Shown: positions 1 to 9,587 of the stretch, piece by piece
How the letters are laid out: every line of letters begins with the position of its first letter
Position numbering within the stretch: position 1 is the stretch's first letter
Source of the DNA: an uncultured Rickettsiales bacterium
Lineage (GTDB): Bacteria; Pseudomonadota; Alphaproteobacteria; Rickettsiales; UBA1997
Length of the DNA stretch: 46,191 nucleotides
NCBI GenBank assembly: GCA_944391005.1
Contig: CALXSB010000118.1
Span: 1 to 46,191, forward strand
Direction of reading: 5' to 3'
The notes under the pieces: generated by a model
Database searches by the model: none
Told to the model about the DNA's origin: nothing
Seen by the model: the letters and a program-made list of their open reading frames with translations, nothing else
Position numbers and translations under genes: made by a program

Positions 1-1
1 T

Positions 2-157
2 GGATATTGTTCTGAAAGTATTCCAGATGTTGAATATGATTCTATGCAACAATATATACCAGAAAACAGCTATGGCGATATTATAACCTATGAGGATTTA
101 GTTGATGCTAGAAGTGGTGCGTGTGATGAGGTAGCTTTTAAGCTAGATTTAAGATAG
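2..157 (+). CDS. 3' end of an unidentified protein-coding gene (truncated by the window edge)
   Basis: An open frame runs from the window edge (GYCSESIPDVEYDS...AFKLDLR) to TAG at 155-157. A strong hairpin follows directly. Confidence 0.4.
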   Translation, partial: GYCSESIPDVEYDSMQQYIPENSYGDIITYEDLVDARSGACDEVAFKLDLR

Positions 158-164
158 TATTTAC

Positions 165-195
165 AAATAACTATTAGTTTTTCTAATAGTTATTT
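165..195. terminator. Bidirectional intrinsic terminator hairpin
   Basis: Perfect 13-bp stem, aaataactattag (165-177) with ctaatagttattt (183-195), and a TTTTT loop. It sits between convergent genes. Confidence 0.6.
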
Positions 196-202
196 GCGGT
201 AG

Positions 203-796
203 TTATTTGTTTATTTTTTGTTTTAGTTGTTCAATAAATTTTTCATAACCATTTTGAGAAAGTGCACTATTTATATCACTTCTTTGACTACTTATAAAGC
301 TTATGCCTTCAGGAATAATGTCTGTTATATAGAGATTGTTATTTTTAACTATTACTCTAAAATTAACATTTATATCTCTGTCGTTTGTGTCTTTTGTTAT
401 TGTGTATACCATATATACTGTATCTTTTTGTTTTACTATTTTGTTGACTTCTAAATCTTTATTGTAATCCTTTAATTTTGGCATGTAATTTTCTAAAAGA
501 TATTCTTTGTAAAGAGTTTGAAATTCTGTTCTTTGGTTGTTGGTTAATTCTTTCCAATGGTTTCCTAAAATAAATCTAGCAACCCAATTTGAGTCAACAA
601 TGTTTTCTGTAAATTTTCTATATTCAGTCTCCTTTTGTTGTTCTGATAATTTTGGATTATTTAAAATTTCCTGTGATTGATTTCCCATATTTTTTATAAA
701 ATTTTCTACATCTTTATTTGTAATTGTATTAGTTTCTGCAAAAGCAGTTGCTATAAATGTAAAAAATAATACTAATATAACATAAAATTTTTTCAT
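203..796 (-). CDS. mlaC: MlaC/Ttg2D-family periplasmic phospholipid-binding protein
   Basis: Start trimmed to MKKFYVILVLFFTFIATAFA (signal peptide), with an AGAGGT Shine-Dalgarno sequence upstream. The FILGNHWKELTNNQRTEFQTLYKEYLLENY region is typical of the toluene-tolerance Ttg2D/MlaC family. The start lies 1 nt after the mlaA stop. Confidence 0.8.
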   Translation of the reverse strand: MKKFYVILVLFFTFIATAFAETNTITNKDVENFIKNMGNQSQEILNNPKLSEQQKETEYRKFTENIVDSNWVARFILGNHWKELTNNQRTEFQTLYKEYLLENYMPKLKDYNKDLEVNKIVKQKDTVYMVYTITKDTNDRDINVNFRVIVKNNNLYITDIIPEGISFISSQRSDINSALSQNGYEKFIEQLKQKINK

Positions 797-797
797 A

Positions 798-1637
798 TTA
801 ATTACCTCTTGCGTTTTTAATTTTATAAGATTGTGATTGACCGTAAGCATCTCTCATCATTATATATGGATCAAAAGATGATTCCATCAAATCGTAAAAA
901 TTTACTACTGCATAGCTTGCGTTATCAACTACGTATAATCCTCCTCTAGTAAAGATTATCCAATTATCAAGTAATGGTCTTTTTCCGCCAATTTTAAATA
1001 TATTATAATCAAATGGATCTATGGCCAATTCTGCACCCCATGTTAATGTTCCTCTTAAATCATTGGGACCTAAAAATGGAAGTATTATATATGGACCAGC
1101 TGGAATGTGATATTTTGCTAAGGTTATGCCTAAATCTGTTGTTGGTGGGGTTGTTCCCTGATATCCGGAAACGTCTAGAATTCCAAATACTCCATAAATT
1201 GTGTTTATTCCAAAACTATATAAAGATTTTGCTGAGTTTTCAAAATCTAGCTGTAATACGTAATTCATAAAAATGATTGGCATTCTAAAGTTTGATACAA
1301 TATTATGTATAGATTTTCTAATTCCGGGAGTTGTTATTTTAACATATACATTATAATATAATGGCTTTACTAGATATTTTAATAAAAATGAATTAAAATT
1401 AAAAATTTTTCTATTCATTTTTTCCCATGGATCCCATACTTTAATATTGTTATTTGATGATTCTGGCTCATAGTCTAAGTCATAAAAATCATCAGCGTCA
1501 TTATATTCTTCTTCCAATAGGTTTTTATTTGTATCAATATCTATCTGTCTTGCTAAAGAAATGTTGTGATAAATAAAAAAAGATAAAAATATAAATAAAA
1601 ACGCTAAATATTTATTTGTTGTCTTTATTATCTTCAT
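798..1637 (-). CDS. mlaA: MlaA/VacJ-family outer-membrane lipoprotein
   Basis: N-terminal signal sequence. The core is VacJ-like: NRKIFNFNSFLLKYLVKPLYYNVY...GINTIYGVFGILDV...PYIILPFLGPNDLR. Confidence 0.85.
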   Translation of the reverse strand: MKIIKTTNKYLAFLFIFLSFFIYHNISLARQIDIDTNKNLLEEEYNDADDFYDLDYEPESSNNNIKVWDPWEKMNRKIFNFNSFLLKYLVKPLYYNVYVKITTPGIRKSIHNIVSNFRMPIIFMNYVLQLDFENSAKSLYSFGINTIYGVFGILDVSGYQGTTPPTTDLGITLAKYHIPAGPYIILPFLGPNDLRGTLTWGAELAIDPFDYNIFKIGGKRPLLDNWIIFTRGGLYVVDNASYAVVNFYDLMESSFDPYIMMRDAYGQSQSYKIKNARGN

Positions 1638-2070
1638 TGTCTTTGTTATCTTGTGTTTCTTTTTTTAGGAATTTATTAACTTTGTTATTATAGTCTGATA
1701 CAATTTTTTGTGTATTATCATTTTCTATGTCGCTTAGTAAGTCCATGGCCTCTTCGTAATCTGGATCTTTAGCTAATATTTTAATTAATAGTTTTTCTGC
1801 TTCGTTATTCATATTTTGTAGAACAAGACAATATGCATACATATACTGAGCCTGTAATTCATTTGGCCAATATCTTTTGATTATTTTAAATCTAAATGTT
1901 GCATCCCAAAGATGTCCATGTTCTAAATGGTATATACCGGTATCATAATTGGTTTGATATAAATTTCTAAATTTTGTTTTACTGTCATCTATAAAAGCTT
2001 TAGCTCGCTGGAATAAAGAAACAGACTGTTTTTTTGTCTTTTCAAAAAATTGTTTAATATTTGTAAGCAT
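1612..2070 (-). CDS. TPR-like repeat protein with a Lys/Asp/Asn-rich tail
   Basis: TPR-like helices (AQYMYAYCLVLQNMNNEAEKLLIKILAKDPDYEEAMDLL). The C-terminus is the low-complexity repeat DNKDNEDNKDNK. It overlaps the mlaA start by 26 nt. Confidence 0.55.
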   Translation of the reverse strand: MLTNIKQFFEKTKKQSVSLFQRAKAFIDDSKTKFRNLYQTNYDTGIYHLEHGHLWDATFRFKIIKRYWPNELQAQYMYAYCLVLQNMNNEAEKLLIKILAKDPDYEEAMDLLSDIENDNTQKIVSDYNNKVNKFLKKETQDNKDNEDNKDNK

Positions 2071-2141
2071 TTTTTTATTTACTTTTATAAAACTATATAA
2101 GAGAATATAACTAGAAAAATATTTATCAAGTAAATTTTTAA

Positions 2142-3173
2142 ATGTTTAATGTTTTAATTATTGGATTGGACTCTTTATCACAGAAAGTGATAAAAGTTCT
2201 AAAGAATGTGGATTGTAATATTTTAGGTTTTGACTTTGATGTTGATAAAATTAATTCATTTTATAGGTCATCCCTTATAACTAATTCACCACATATAATA
2301 TTGAATGATCTATTAAAAGAATCAGATGTTATAATAATAAATATTGAATATTCAAGATATAAAGATGTATTTAAATTAGTTCCATTTATAAAGGAAAGTT
2401 GCTTAATATTGGATACAAATATATATAAGGGTAATATTAATGAAATAAAGAAAATGTTGCAAAATCGTAGAGATAATTTTATACCTTGTAATTTTTTATT
2501 ATTTCCAAATAATATAATATTAAATTATGACACAAATACGAAGATGAATACAATTCGTCAAGCATCAGATTTCTTTCATAAAATAAATTTAAAAACATCT
2601 GTGTTAGATCCAAAAGATAATGACGGAATATTTTGTCGTTTGTATCAAATCCCGTATTTATTTGAGCATGTATTGTTTAAAAATAGTCCATCACATTTTG
2701 TGTTGGATAGTAATAAATATGATGATTATGACTTTTTCTTTAATGATATTATATTAAATAAGTCATCTATTTTAAATGGTATTAAAACATTTTTGTCTAA
2801 TATTCCTGATATGAAGGGAGAATTTGACATTAAAAGATTTTTAGAAGAAAATAGTTTAAATTGTATAAAAACTAAAGTTAATACAAATAAGGTAATTGAT
2901 GACGATGTGGCAATAAAAATTTTGTTTGAAAAAATTTTTATAAAAAGTTTTATAAGTAAAGATTCTGAATACTATATAGATTTATCATATTTGAATTTTG
3001 AGTATCAAAAATATAGTATAAAATCAATTGAAGAATATTATCTAAATAACGTGGAAAATGTAAGAGTTTCATTAATGATAATAAAAGAAAAAATAATTAG
3101 TCTGTCTTCGTTTTTACAATTTGATGATATTTCAATTAGCAAAAAACATATAAAACAATTTTTGAGTAATTAA
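2142..3173 (+). CDS. Hypothetical protein, possibly a degenerate prephenate/arogenate dehydrogenase (TyrA)-like fold
   Basis: 343-aa ORF. The N-terminal beta-alpha-beta segment VLIIGLDSLSQKVIKVL sits where TyrA has GxGxxG. The later stretch DPKDNDGIFCRLYQIPYLFEHVL resembles the TyrA HD...SHLPHL region. The function call is weak. Confidence 0.45.
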   Translation: MFNVLIIGLDSLSQKVIKVLKNVDCNILGFDFDVDKINSFYRSSLITNSPHIILNDLLKESDVIIINIEYSRYKDVFKLVPFIKESCLILDTNIYKGNINEIKKMLQNRRDNFIPCNFLLFPNNIILNYDTNTKMNTIRQASDFFHKINLKTSVLDPKDNDGIFCRLYQIPYLFEHVLFKNSPSHFVLDSNKYDDYDFFFNDIILNKSSILNGIKTFLSNIPDMKGEFDIKRFLEENSLNCIKTKVNTNKVIDDDVAIKILFEKIFIKSFISKDSEYYIDLSYLNFEYQKYSIKSIEEYYLNNVENVRVSLMIIKEKIISLSSFLQFDDISISKKHIKQFLSN

Positions 3174-3177
3174 ATTA

Positions 3178-3209
3178 AAAAGTCTATTGTATAACTACAA
3201 TAGACTTTT
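3178..3209. terminator. Bidirectional intrinsic terminator hairpin
   Basis: Perfect 14-bp stem, aaaagtctattgta with tacaatagactttt, and a 4-nt loop. A/T runs lie on both sides, between convergent genes. Confidence 0.6.
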
Positions 3210-3211
3210 AA

Positions 3212-3775
3212 TTATTCTTCTTCTTTGTCAAAATCTCTGATATATTGGGCTATAGATCCCATAATGACATTAATTGCAGTATCTCTGTTTAGATATGTTG
3301 TATTAATTGTAATATCAGCCTCTCTATAGATAGGCATTTTTTTGTCATAAATTTCTTTTAAAATTTCTTCTTTATTGCCCTGTTCTAATAAAGGTCTTGT
3401 ATTTTTTCTTTTAACTCTTTCAAGTAATGTATCAAATTCAACTTCCAAAAATACGGAAATTGCTTTTTCTTTGATTAATTCTCTAATATCTTTGTCATCA
3501 AATGCACTGCCGCCAATTGATAACACTTGTGGCTGATGGTTGTTTAAAATCTTTGCAATGGTTTTTCTCTCTATCTTTTTGAAATATTCTTCACCCTTGG
3601 TGTTAAAAATATCTACAATGCTCATTCCTTCAGCCTTCTCTATTTCCCTATCGGAATCTATAAATTTTATATTTAATCTTTGTGCAAGAGAAAAGCCAGT
3701 TGTTGTTTTTCCAGCCCCCATCATACCTATTAAAATTATAGTTTTTCTATTAGCTGGGTGTATTCTTTCTTCCAT
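3212..3775 (-). CDS. aroK: Shikimate kinase
   Basis: Walker A motif GMMGAGKTTTG followed by IDSDREIEKAEGMSIVDIF and GEEYFKKIERKTI, the canonical AroK layout. About 185 aa. Confidence 0.9.
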   Translation of the reverse strand: MEERIHPANRKTIILIGMMGAGKTTTGFSLAQRLNIKFIDSDREIEKAEGMSIVDIFNTKGEEYFKKIERKTIAKILNNHQPQVLSIGGSAFDDKDIRELIKEKAISVFLEVEFDTLLERVKRKNTRPLLEQGNKEEILKEIYDKKMPIYREADITINTTYLNRDTAINVIMGSIAQYIRDFDKEEE

Positions 3776-3875
3776 TTTTTAAACAATCCTTTTTAATAAA
3801 AATTAACTTGAATAATTATAAAACATATAATACCTTAAGAATTATAATATTGGTATTGTAATTTTCAAGTAAATA

Positions 3876-4481
3876 ATGCAAAAAATTTTATCTTTTAATA
3901 CAATTTTTGTTGGTGTAAATATAATTTTACAAAATGATAACAGTATAATTAATTGTAAACAATTTGAAAGCAAAAAACAATCTGAAATTTTGGTTTCATC
4001 AATTGAAAAAACACTTATAGAAAGCGGTTTAAAATATAATGATATAGATATATTTTCTTCAATAATTGGTCCTGGAAATTTTACAGGTATTAAAACAAGC
4101 TTAGCCGTTTTAAAAGCGTTAGAAATTTCTACAAATAAAAAAATAATAACAACAGACGTTTTTGAAATTATATCTCATAACATTGATGGGTATGATTATA
4201 TAATTCTAGATATGGCTAATATAAAATATTATATTAAGGATAAAAATAATAACTATTTTATAATTTATAAAAAAGATATTAAACAATTTATGGAAGAACA
4301 TAAAAATAAAAAGTTTTTAACAAATGATAAAAATATAGTTTATAACAATGTTATTTTATCAGAATTTTCTAATGAAAAGTGGTGTAATATAATAAATTAT
4401 AAGGCGAAGAATAAAATTTTTACTACTGATATTATTCCATTATATATTGAAGAAGCTTCTATTACACAAAGAAAAAATTAA
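3876..4481 (+). CDS. tsaB: tRNA threonylcarbamoyladenosine biosynthesis protein TsaB (YeaZ family)
   Basis: IIGPGNFTGIKTSLAVLKALE matches the TsaB GPGSFTGLRIG motif. Size and N-terminal beta-strand layout also fit. Confidence 0.75.
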   Translation: MQKILSFNTIFVGVNIILQNDNSIINCKQFESKKQSEILVSSIEKTLIESGLKYNDIDIFSSIIGPGNFTGIKTSLAVLKALEISTNKKIITTDVFEIISHNIDGYDYIILDMANIKYYIKDKNNNYFIIYKKDIKQFMEEHKNKKFLTNDKNIVYNNVILSEFSNEKWCNIINYKAKNKIFTTDIIPLYIEEASITQRKN

Positions 4482-4518
4482 ATATTTTTTTGTTTTGTAA
4501 TAAAATAAATGTCATAAT

Positions 4519-4550
4519 AAAAATCAAATAAATTATGTTATTTGATTTTT
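4519..4550. terminator. Bidirectional intrinsic terminator hairpin
   Basis: 13-bp stem, aaaaatcaaataa (4519-4531) with ttatttgattttt (4538-4550), and a 6-nt loop. It lies between convergent tsaB and dgkA. Confidence 0.55.
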
Positions 4551-4942
4551 TACTTTTTCAAAAATGAAATAATAGTATTAAAATTTGTATATAATATAGT
4601 TCCCCAAACAGTAATTAAATATAAAAATGATACTAATACTATACAGCTTCCAATATCTTTTGCGATTTTTGATAGCGGATGAATTTCATCTGATATTCTA
4701 TCAATTGTCATTTCAATAGCTGTATTTGTTAATTCTGCTATTATTATTAAAAATAGCGAGCTTAACAAAATTAATTTTTCAACCACTGTTATTGGAAGAA
4801 AAATAGCTACCGGAATTAATATTATAAAAACAAGAATATCTTGCCTAAAAGCTTCTTCAGATTTAAAAGTAGCAATAAAACCATCATATGAATACTTAAA
4901 CGCATTAAGTATTCTAATAATACCTGTCTTTGTAGTTTTCAT
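4550..4942 (-). CDS. dgkA: Diacylglycerol kinase
   Basis: Start trimmed to MKTTKTG. The protein is collinear with E. coli DgkA: RILNAFKYSYDGF, EEAFRQD, ELTNTAIEMTIDRIS and AKDIGSCIVL. Confidence 0.9.
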   Translation of the reverse strand: MKTTKTGIIRILNAFKYSYDGFIATFKSEEAFRQDILVFIILIPVAIFLPITVVEKLILLSSLFLIIIAELTNTAIEMTIDRISDEIHPLSKIAKDIGSCIVLVSFLYLITVWGTILYTNFNTIISFLKK

Positions 4943-5334
4943 ATTATTGTTTATGTTTTTTTTATAGAATATAATATAAAATAAATTTTTCAAATATTTT
5001 TTGTTGATAAATGTCAAAAATTATGATATAATGATATTATGGAACAAATCTTATTATTATGAAAAATAATATAAATACAGTATTTCTATTAAGGTTTGAA
5101 AAAGTTAAATTATGTTTTAATTTTAATAACAACAGACACGCAAAAAATATTTTGTCTGAGATAATGTATCGTTGTATTTTTGGTATGCCGGTTGTTGATT
5201 TAAGAATAATAAACCTAAAATTCAATTTTAAAAAACTAAAAGAAGCTGCAAAATGTTTAAAATATATTTTTCAGTATTTTTCAATATTAAACATTAACTT
5301 TTACAATAATTTTTTATATCAATAAATCTTAAAA

Positions 5335-8127
5335 TTAATTTGCCTCTTCTTGCACAGCGTTCGTGCTAGAAGATTTTACTAATTCATATTGTTCTTTTAT
5401 TGAATTTATATAAGAATTTATTTGATCTAAATTTGAAACAATGTTTATATTTGGAGTTAAGCCTGACATGGCAATTAAAATTGTTAAAGGTATTGTGCTT
5501 TTTAATGTGCCGCTTAATAAAGTAAAGTTTGCATTTGCGTTTTGAATACTTATATAATTGCTGAATAATTCAAAATTTCCAGTAATTTTTCCATTTATTA
5601 AAGGTCTAGAAACGTCAAAACTAAATTGTCCTCCATTCCTTTTTGAATACTTTATATCTCCTGATGATATTTTTTCAAACACAGTCTGATTTTTATCATC
5701 ATACAATATATTATTAGGATTTATATTATTTAATAATTCTTCATTATTATTTATTTCAAATAAATTTGAACTTAATGTCTGCAGTCCAAAATTTTTAATT
5801 ATTATTCCACTTCCTATTATTTGAGTATTTAATATATAACTATTTATAAAATTTTCTAAATTAAATCCCTCTGCATATAATACAGAGCTAAAGCCTATTA
5901 TTCCATTAATATTTTCAATTCCAGTAAATAAATATAGTATTTGAGATATATGTCCTGTGCATCCATTAAAAGTTAAGTTTAATTTTCTATTATATAATAA
6001 ATTTAAAAATCCAGTTATATTACATTCTCCACCAAAACCTTTTATATTAAAAGTTTTTAAATTTATAGCACCATTATTTATATTTGCTAGCATGTCTAAC
6101 GTTTCTATTGATGATTTTCTAAACTTTATATTTTTTCCAGATAATTTTATATTTCCAAAAAATCCATCAAAAGTTGGCAATTTAAATAATAAACTGTTAA
6201 TATCAATATTGTTCATTATTTCAAAATTGTTTAATAAAATATTTGCATTTATTGTTGGCCTTACATTTAAAATATTAATTGATATTGCACCTATAATTTC
6301 GTTGTTTAAATTTATATCATATAGATCAAGTAATCCATGAGATGTTTTTATTACAAATTGATAATTTTCTCCCTGAAAATCCTTATATTTTATATTATTT
6401 ATTTTAAATTTCATATAGGTTGTTAAGTTAAAATTATTTAAGAACAATATTTGATTTTTGAAGGATCTAATATATTGAACATTATCTTTTCTATTGGTTT
6501 CTCCTATTATATTATCAAGATTTAAGTTGTCTATTATTGTATCTATAGCAATATATGATATTCCAGAATCAAATTTAATCTCTATTTTATTTTTTGAAAT
6601 TACATCATTTGTTTCAAATGTTGCGTCATATATTGATAATTTATCATCGGTTATTACTATATTGCCGCTAAGTTTAAAATTATCATTTTTAGATTCTTCT
6701 TCTGTTTTTAGGTTCAAATTACTAGTATTTCTTAAAAAATTTAAAAATGAATTTACATTTTTTCCGGTTATTTGTAAAAGATCATTTTCGCCATTTTTTT
6801 CTATAGAAATTTTTGCTTGCATTGGAAATTCGCTAGAAAAACTTTCAAAATTTATTATTTTTCCATTTTTGTTTGAGTAAGAAAATTTCATAATAGTATT
6901 TAAAATTTCTTTTTGATTAAGAAGTAGTTTTTCTATTTTAATATCAAAAACTGTAGGATTAATTTTTAGATATCTTTCAATATGTCCAAGATATTGATTT
7001 TGAGAAGAGGTTGTTGAAGCTTGATTTTCTAAAAATATTGGTATATTTTTTTCATTCATATTTTTATCAACAATACCCGACATATCTTTTATAATTAAGT
7101 TATCAAGATTTATAGAAGTAATGTTGAAATTTACATTATTTTGACCGTTTTTATTGAAGTTAAATACCATGTTTCCAGTTCCAACTATATTTTTGCCATT
7201 TATATTAATTTCGTTAATATTTAAAATATTATTGTCAAAATTAAAATTTGAAGTTATATCAATATTTGAATTGTCTATAATTCTTTTGAAAAAAATACTT
7301 TCAGGATTAAAAATTGTTCTAGCAAATAACTGAGGGTTTATAATATTAAATTTTGACTGACCATTTGCTTTTTTATTTTTATAATCAATACTTAGATTAA
7401 CATCTACTCTAAATGCTAACGAATTTAGATTAATTTTGCTAGTAAACGTTTCATCTTTTTTTGCTATTGAAATATTGGTATTTAATGTTTGTTTATTTGA
7501 TAACATTGAACCATTTAGGGTTATATTGTTTTTACTGTAGATACCATTTATATTAATTTGTTCAAAATCCCTTGTGTATTTTATACCATTAATTTTTATA
7601 CTATCATTTTTGAGGCTTATTTTAATACTATTATTTTGCAAGGCTCTTTCGTAATAGTTTTTGATTATTTTTGAAATGATATTGTCTTCTCCATTTTTAG
7701 TTTCTTGTAAATTGAAGCTGCCATTTTCTATCTCTATTTTTGTAATAACAAACTTTTTCATTATTAAATTTTTTGGAGATAAAAATAATTTCATTTTATT
7801 TATGTTAAAATTAACTAAAAAGTTATTTTCTGTTAAGTTTGTTGCTGTTATATTGTCTACAATTATATGTGGAGTTGGAAATGATTTAAATGATATATTT
7901 CCATTTATTGTTAGACTTTGTTCCTTGGGAGATCCTAGTTTTATTATATTATATATTTCAGTATTTATTTGCTCTTTATATTTATCAAGCTTTATCATTC
8001 CTTGTAATGAAAGCATTCCAATTAGAATAATAACAAATAATGCTAAGATAGCCATTATAGCTATTTTTGCTATTCCTAGATTATTACTAAAAACAATTTC
8101 ATTAGAGGATTTTTCTTTTGCTGCCAT
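5335..8127 (-). CDS. AsmA-family outer-membrane biogenesis protein
   Basis: 930 aa with a single N-terminal TM helix. This is followed by the AsmA-like YKEQINTEIYNII...LTINGNISFKSFPTPHIIVDNITATN segment and a long Asn/Ile-rich, beta-rich body. Confidence 0.7.
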   Translation of the reverse strand: MAAKEKSSNEIVFSNNLGIAKIAIMAILALFVIILIGMLSLQGMIKLDKYKEQINTEIYNIIKLGSPKEQSLTINGNISFKSFPTPHIIVDNITATNLTENNFLVNFNINKMKLFLSPKNLIMKKFVITKIEIENGSFNLQETKNGEDNIISKIIKNYYERALQNNSIKISLKNDSIKINGIKYTRDFEQININGIYSKNNITLNGSMLSNKQTLNTNISIAKKDETFTSKINLNSLAFRVDVNLSIDYKNKKANGQSKFNIINPQLFARTIFNPESIFFKRIIDNSNIDITSNFNFDNNILNINEININGKNIVGTGNMVFNFNKNGQNNVNFNITSINLDNLIIKDMSGIVDKNMNEKNIPIFLENQASTTSSQNQYLGHIERYLKINPTVFDIKIEKLLLNQKEILNTIMKFSYSNKNGKIINFESFSSEFPMQAKISIEKNGENDLLQITGKNVNSFLNFLRNTSNLNLKTEEESKNDNFKLSGNIVITDDKLSIYDATFETNDVISKNKIEIKFDSGISYIAIDTIIDNLNLDNIIGETNRKDNVQYIRSFKNQILFLNNFNLTTYMKFKINNIKYKDFQGENYQFVIKTSHGLLDLYDINLNNEIIGAISINILNVRPTINANILLNNFEIMNNIDINSLLFKLPTFDGFFGNIKLSGKNIKFRKSSIETLDMLANINNGAINLKTFNIKGFGGECNITGFLNLLYNRKLNLTFNGCTGHISQILYLFTGIENINGIIGFSSVLYAEGFNLENFINSYILNTQIIGSGIIIKNFGLQTLSSNLFEINNNEELLNNINPNNILYDDKNQTVFEKISSGDIKYSKRNGGQFSFDVSRPLINGKITGNFELFSNYISIQNANANFTLLSGTLKSTIPLTILIAMSGLTPNINIVSNLDQINSYINSIKEQYELVKSSSTNAVQEEAN

Positions 8128-8140
8128 ATACTTATACCAA

Positions 8141-9244
8141 TTATTCTAGAACACTATTTATTACATTTAAAATATTATCATCCGCTTCTGGAACTGCTAA
8201 TTTTTTAGCATTTTTTGACATCATTTCAAGCTTATTTTTATCTTTTATTAGGTCAAAAAATAATTTTTGAAAATCTTTTATATTAAAATCTTTCTCTAAA
8301 ACCATTATACCAGCATTATTTTGTTCAAAATTTTGTGCATTTACTTCTTGCCTATTATTTCCTCTATTTGTTAAAGGTATTAAAATACTTGGTTTTCCCG
8401 CGATAGCTGTTTCGCATAAAGTTCCACTGCCGGCTCTCCCAATTATTAGATGTGCTTTTGATAGAAGCTCGTCCATATTATTAAAAAATGGCATTACGGT
8501 TGCATCAAGATTTATTTTGTTATAGTATTCTTTTACAGTGTTAACAAATTCCTCTCTAACTTGATGGTATATTTTTAGTTTTTTTTGCTCGCTTTTATGA
8601 TTTTCATCAAAAATTTTAGGTAGGTATTCACTAAAAATTCTTGCTCCTCCACTTCCGCCAGTTATAAGAGTGATAAATTTTTCGTTTTCTTTTGGATATT
8701 CATAATTAACTTTGTATAAAGCTTTAATATTTTCCCTAACAGGACTGCCTGTATACACAATCTTATTCATATCATCAAAATTTACACCATATAATTCATA
8801 ATATGTTGTCATTATTTTTTTAGCATACTTTCCAAAAATTTTATTAACTTTTCCTATATAAGCATTTTGTTCGTGCAAAATAAATGGTATTTTACACCAG
8901 CAGCACGCCATTAATGTTGGCAGAGTTGCATAACTGCCAAACCCTATTACTAAATCGGGCCTTTCTTCTTTTATTAATTGTTTTGCTTGAAAAAAACCAC
9001 TTAGAATATTTTTTATATCTGAGAAAGATCTTATATTTTTTCCAGCATTTATTATTCTATAATTTAAATTGCATGATGAATATTTTTCGTAAATTTTATC
9101 GGCTACTATACAAATATTATTATTTCTGCTTGTTAGTTTTTCTGCTACAGCTATTGCCGGAAAAATATGTCCACCAGATCCGCCTGTTGCTAAAAAAATT
9201 TTAAATGTTTTATTCTTATCTATCATATTATTCCATCCAAACAT
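8141..9244 (-). CDS. murG: Undecaprenyldiphospho-muramoylpentapeptide beta-N-acetylglucosaminyltransferase
   Basis: ATGGSGGHIFPAIAVAEKL plus C-terminal GRAGSGTLCETAIAGKPSILIP. An alternative start at 9226 (MIDKNK) would remove the overlap with yraN. Confidence 0.92.
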   Translation of the reverse strand: MFGWNNMIDKNKTFKIFLATGGSGGHIFPAIAVAEKLTSRNNNICIVADKIYEKYSSCNLNYRIINAGKNIRSFSDIKNILSGFFQAKQLIKEERPDLVIGFGSYATLPTLMACCWCKIPFILHEQNAYIGKVNKIFGKYAKKIMTTYYELYGVNFDDMNKIVYTGSPVRENIKALYKVNYEYPKENEKFITLITGGSGGARIFSEYLPKIFDENHKSEQKKLKIYHQVREEFVNTVKEYYNKINLDATVMPFFNNMDELLSKAHLIIGRAGSGTLCETAIAGKPSILIPLTNRGNNRQEVNAQNFEQNNAGIMVLEKDFNIKDFQKLFFDLIKDKNKLEMMSKNAKKLAVPEADDNILNVINSVLE

Positions 9245-9587
9245 TTTTAATGTGTTTTATTAATAAATTTTTATTTACTAATATAACATCAACTCTAATA
9301 TTAAAATTAGAATAGTTGTTGTATTTATTCAAGAAAATTTTTAAACAATTCGCTATTCTATATAATTGCCTTATATTGACAGCCTCTCCTACTTGTATAT
9401 TTTTATTGCTTCTAGCTTTAACCTCAATTGCAATTAAATCTTTTCTACGGGTCATTATCAAATCTATTTCGCCAAGCTTTGTTTTATAGCGATGTTTTAT
9501 AAGCCTATAACCTTTAAAAAACAGTATAAATATTACATAATATTCAGCTAACAATCCAAAAAAATAAGATATTTTTTTCTTTAACAT
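9228..9587 (-). CDS. yraN: YraN-family (UPF0102) endonuclease-like protein
   Basis: GLLAEYYVIFILFFKGYRLIKHRYKTKLGEIDLIMTRRKDLIAIEVKAR matches the UPF0102 core (GEIDLI...EVK). Confidence 0.85.
   Translation of the reverse strand: MLKKKISYFFGLLAEYYVIFILFFKGYRLIKHRYKTKLGEIDLIMTRRKDLIAIEVKARSNKNIQVGEAVNIRQLYRIANCLKIFLNKYNNYSNFNIRVDVILVNKNLLIKHIKNVWME

Noticed and set aside
5957-8149. Plus-strand ORFs antisense to the AsmA-family gene (5957-6340, 6494-6880, 7661-8149). Similar antisense ORFs occur in murG, mnmE, tyrS, pccB, virB4, rsmA and pyk.
   Set aside because: They have low-complexity Phe/Ile/Leu/Ser-rich translations typical of antisense frames in AT-rich genes, and each is fully nested in a well-supported gene.
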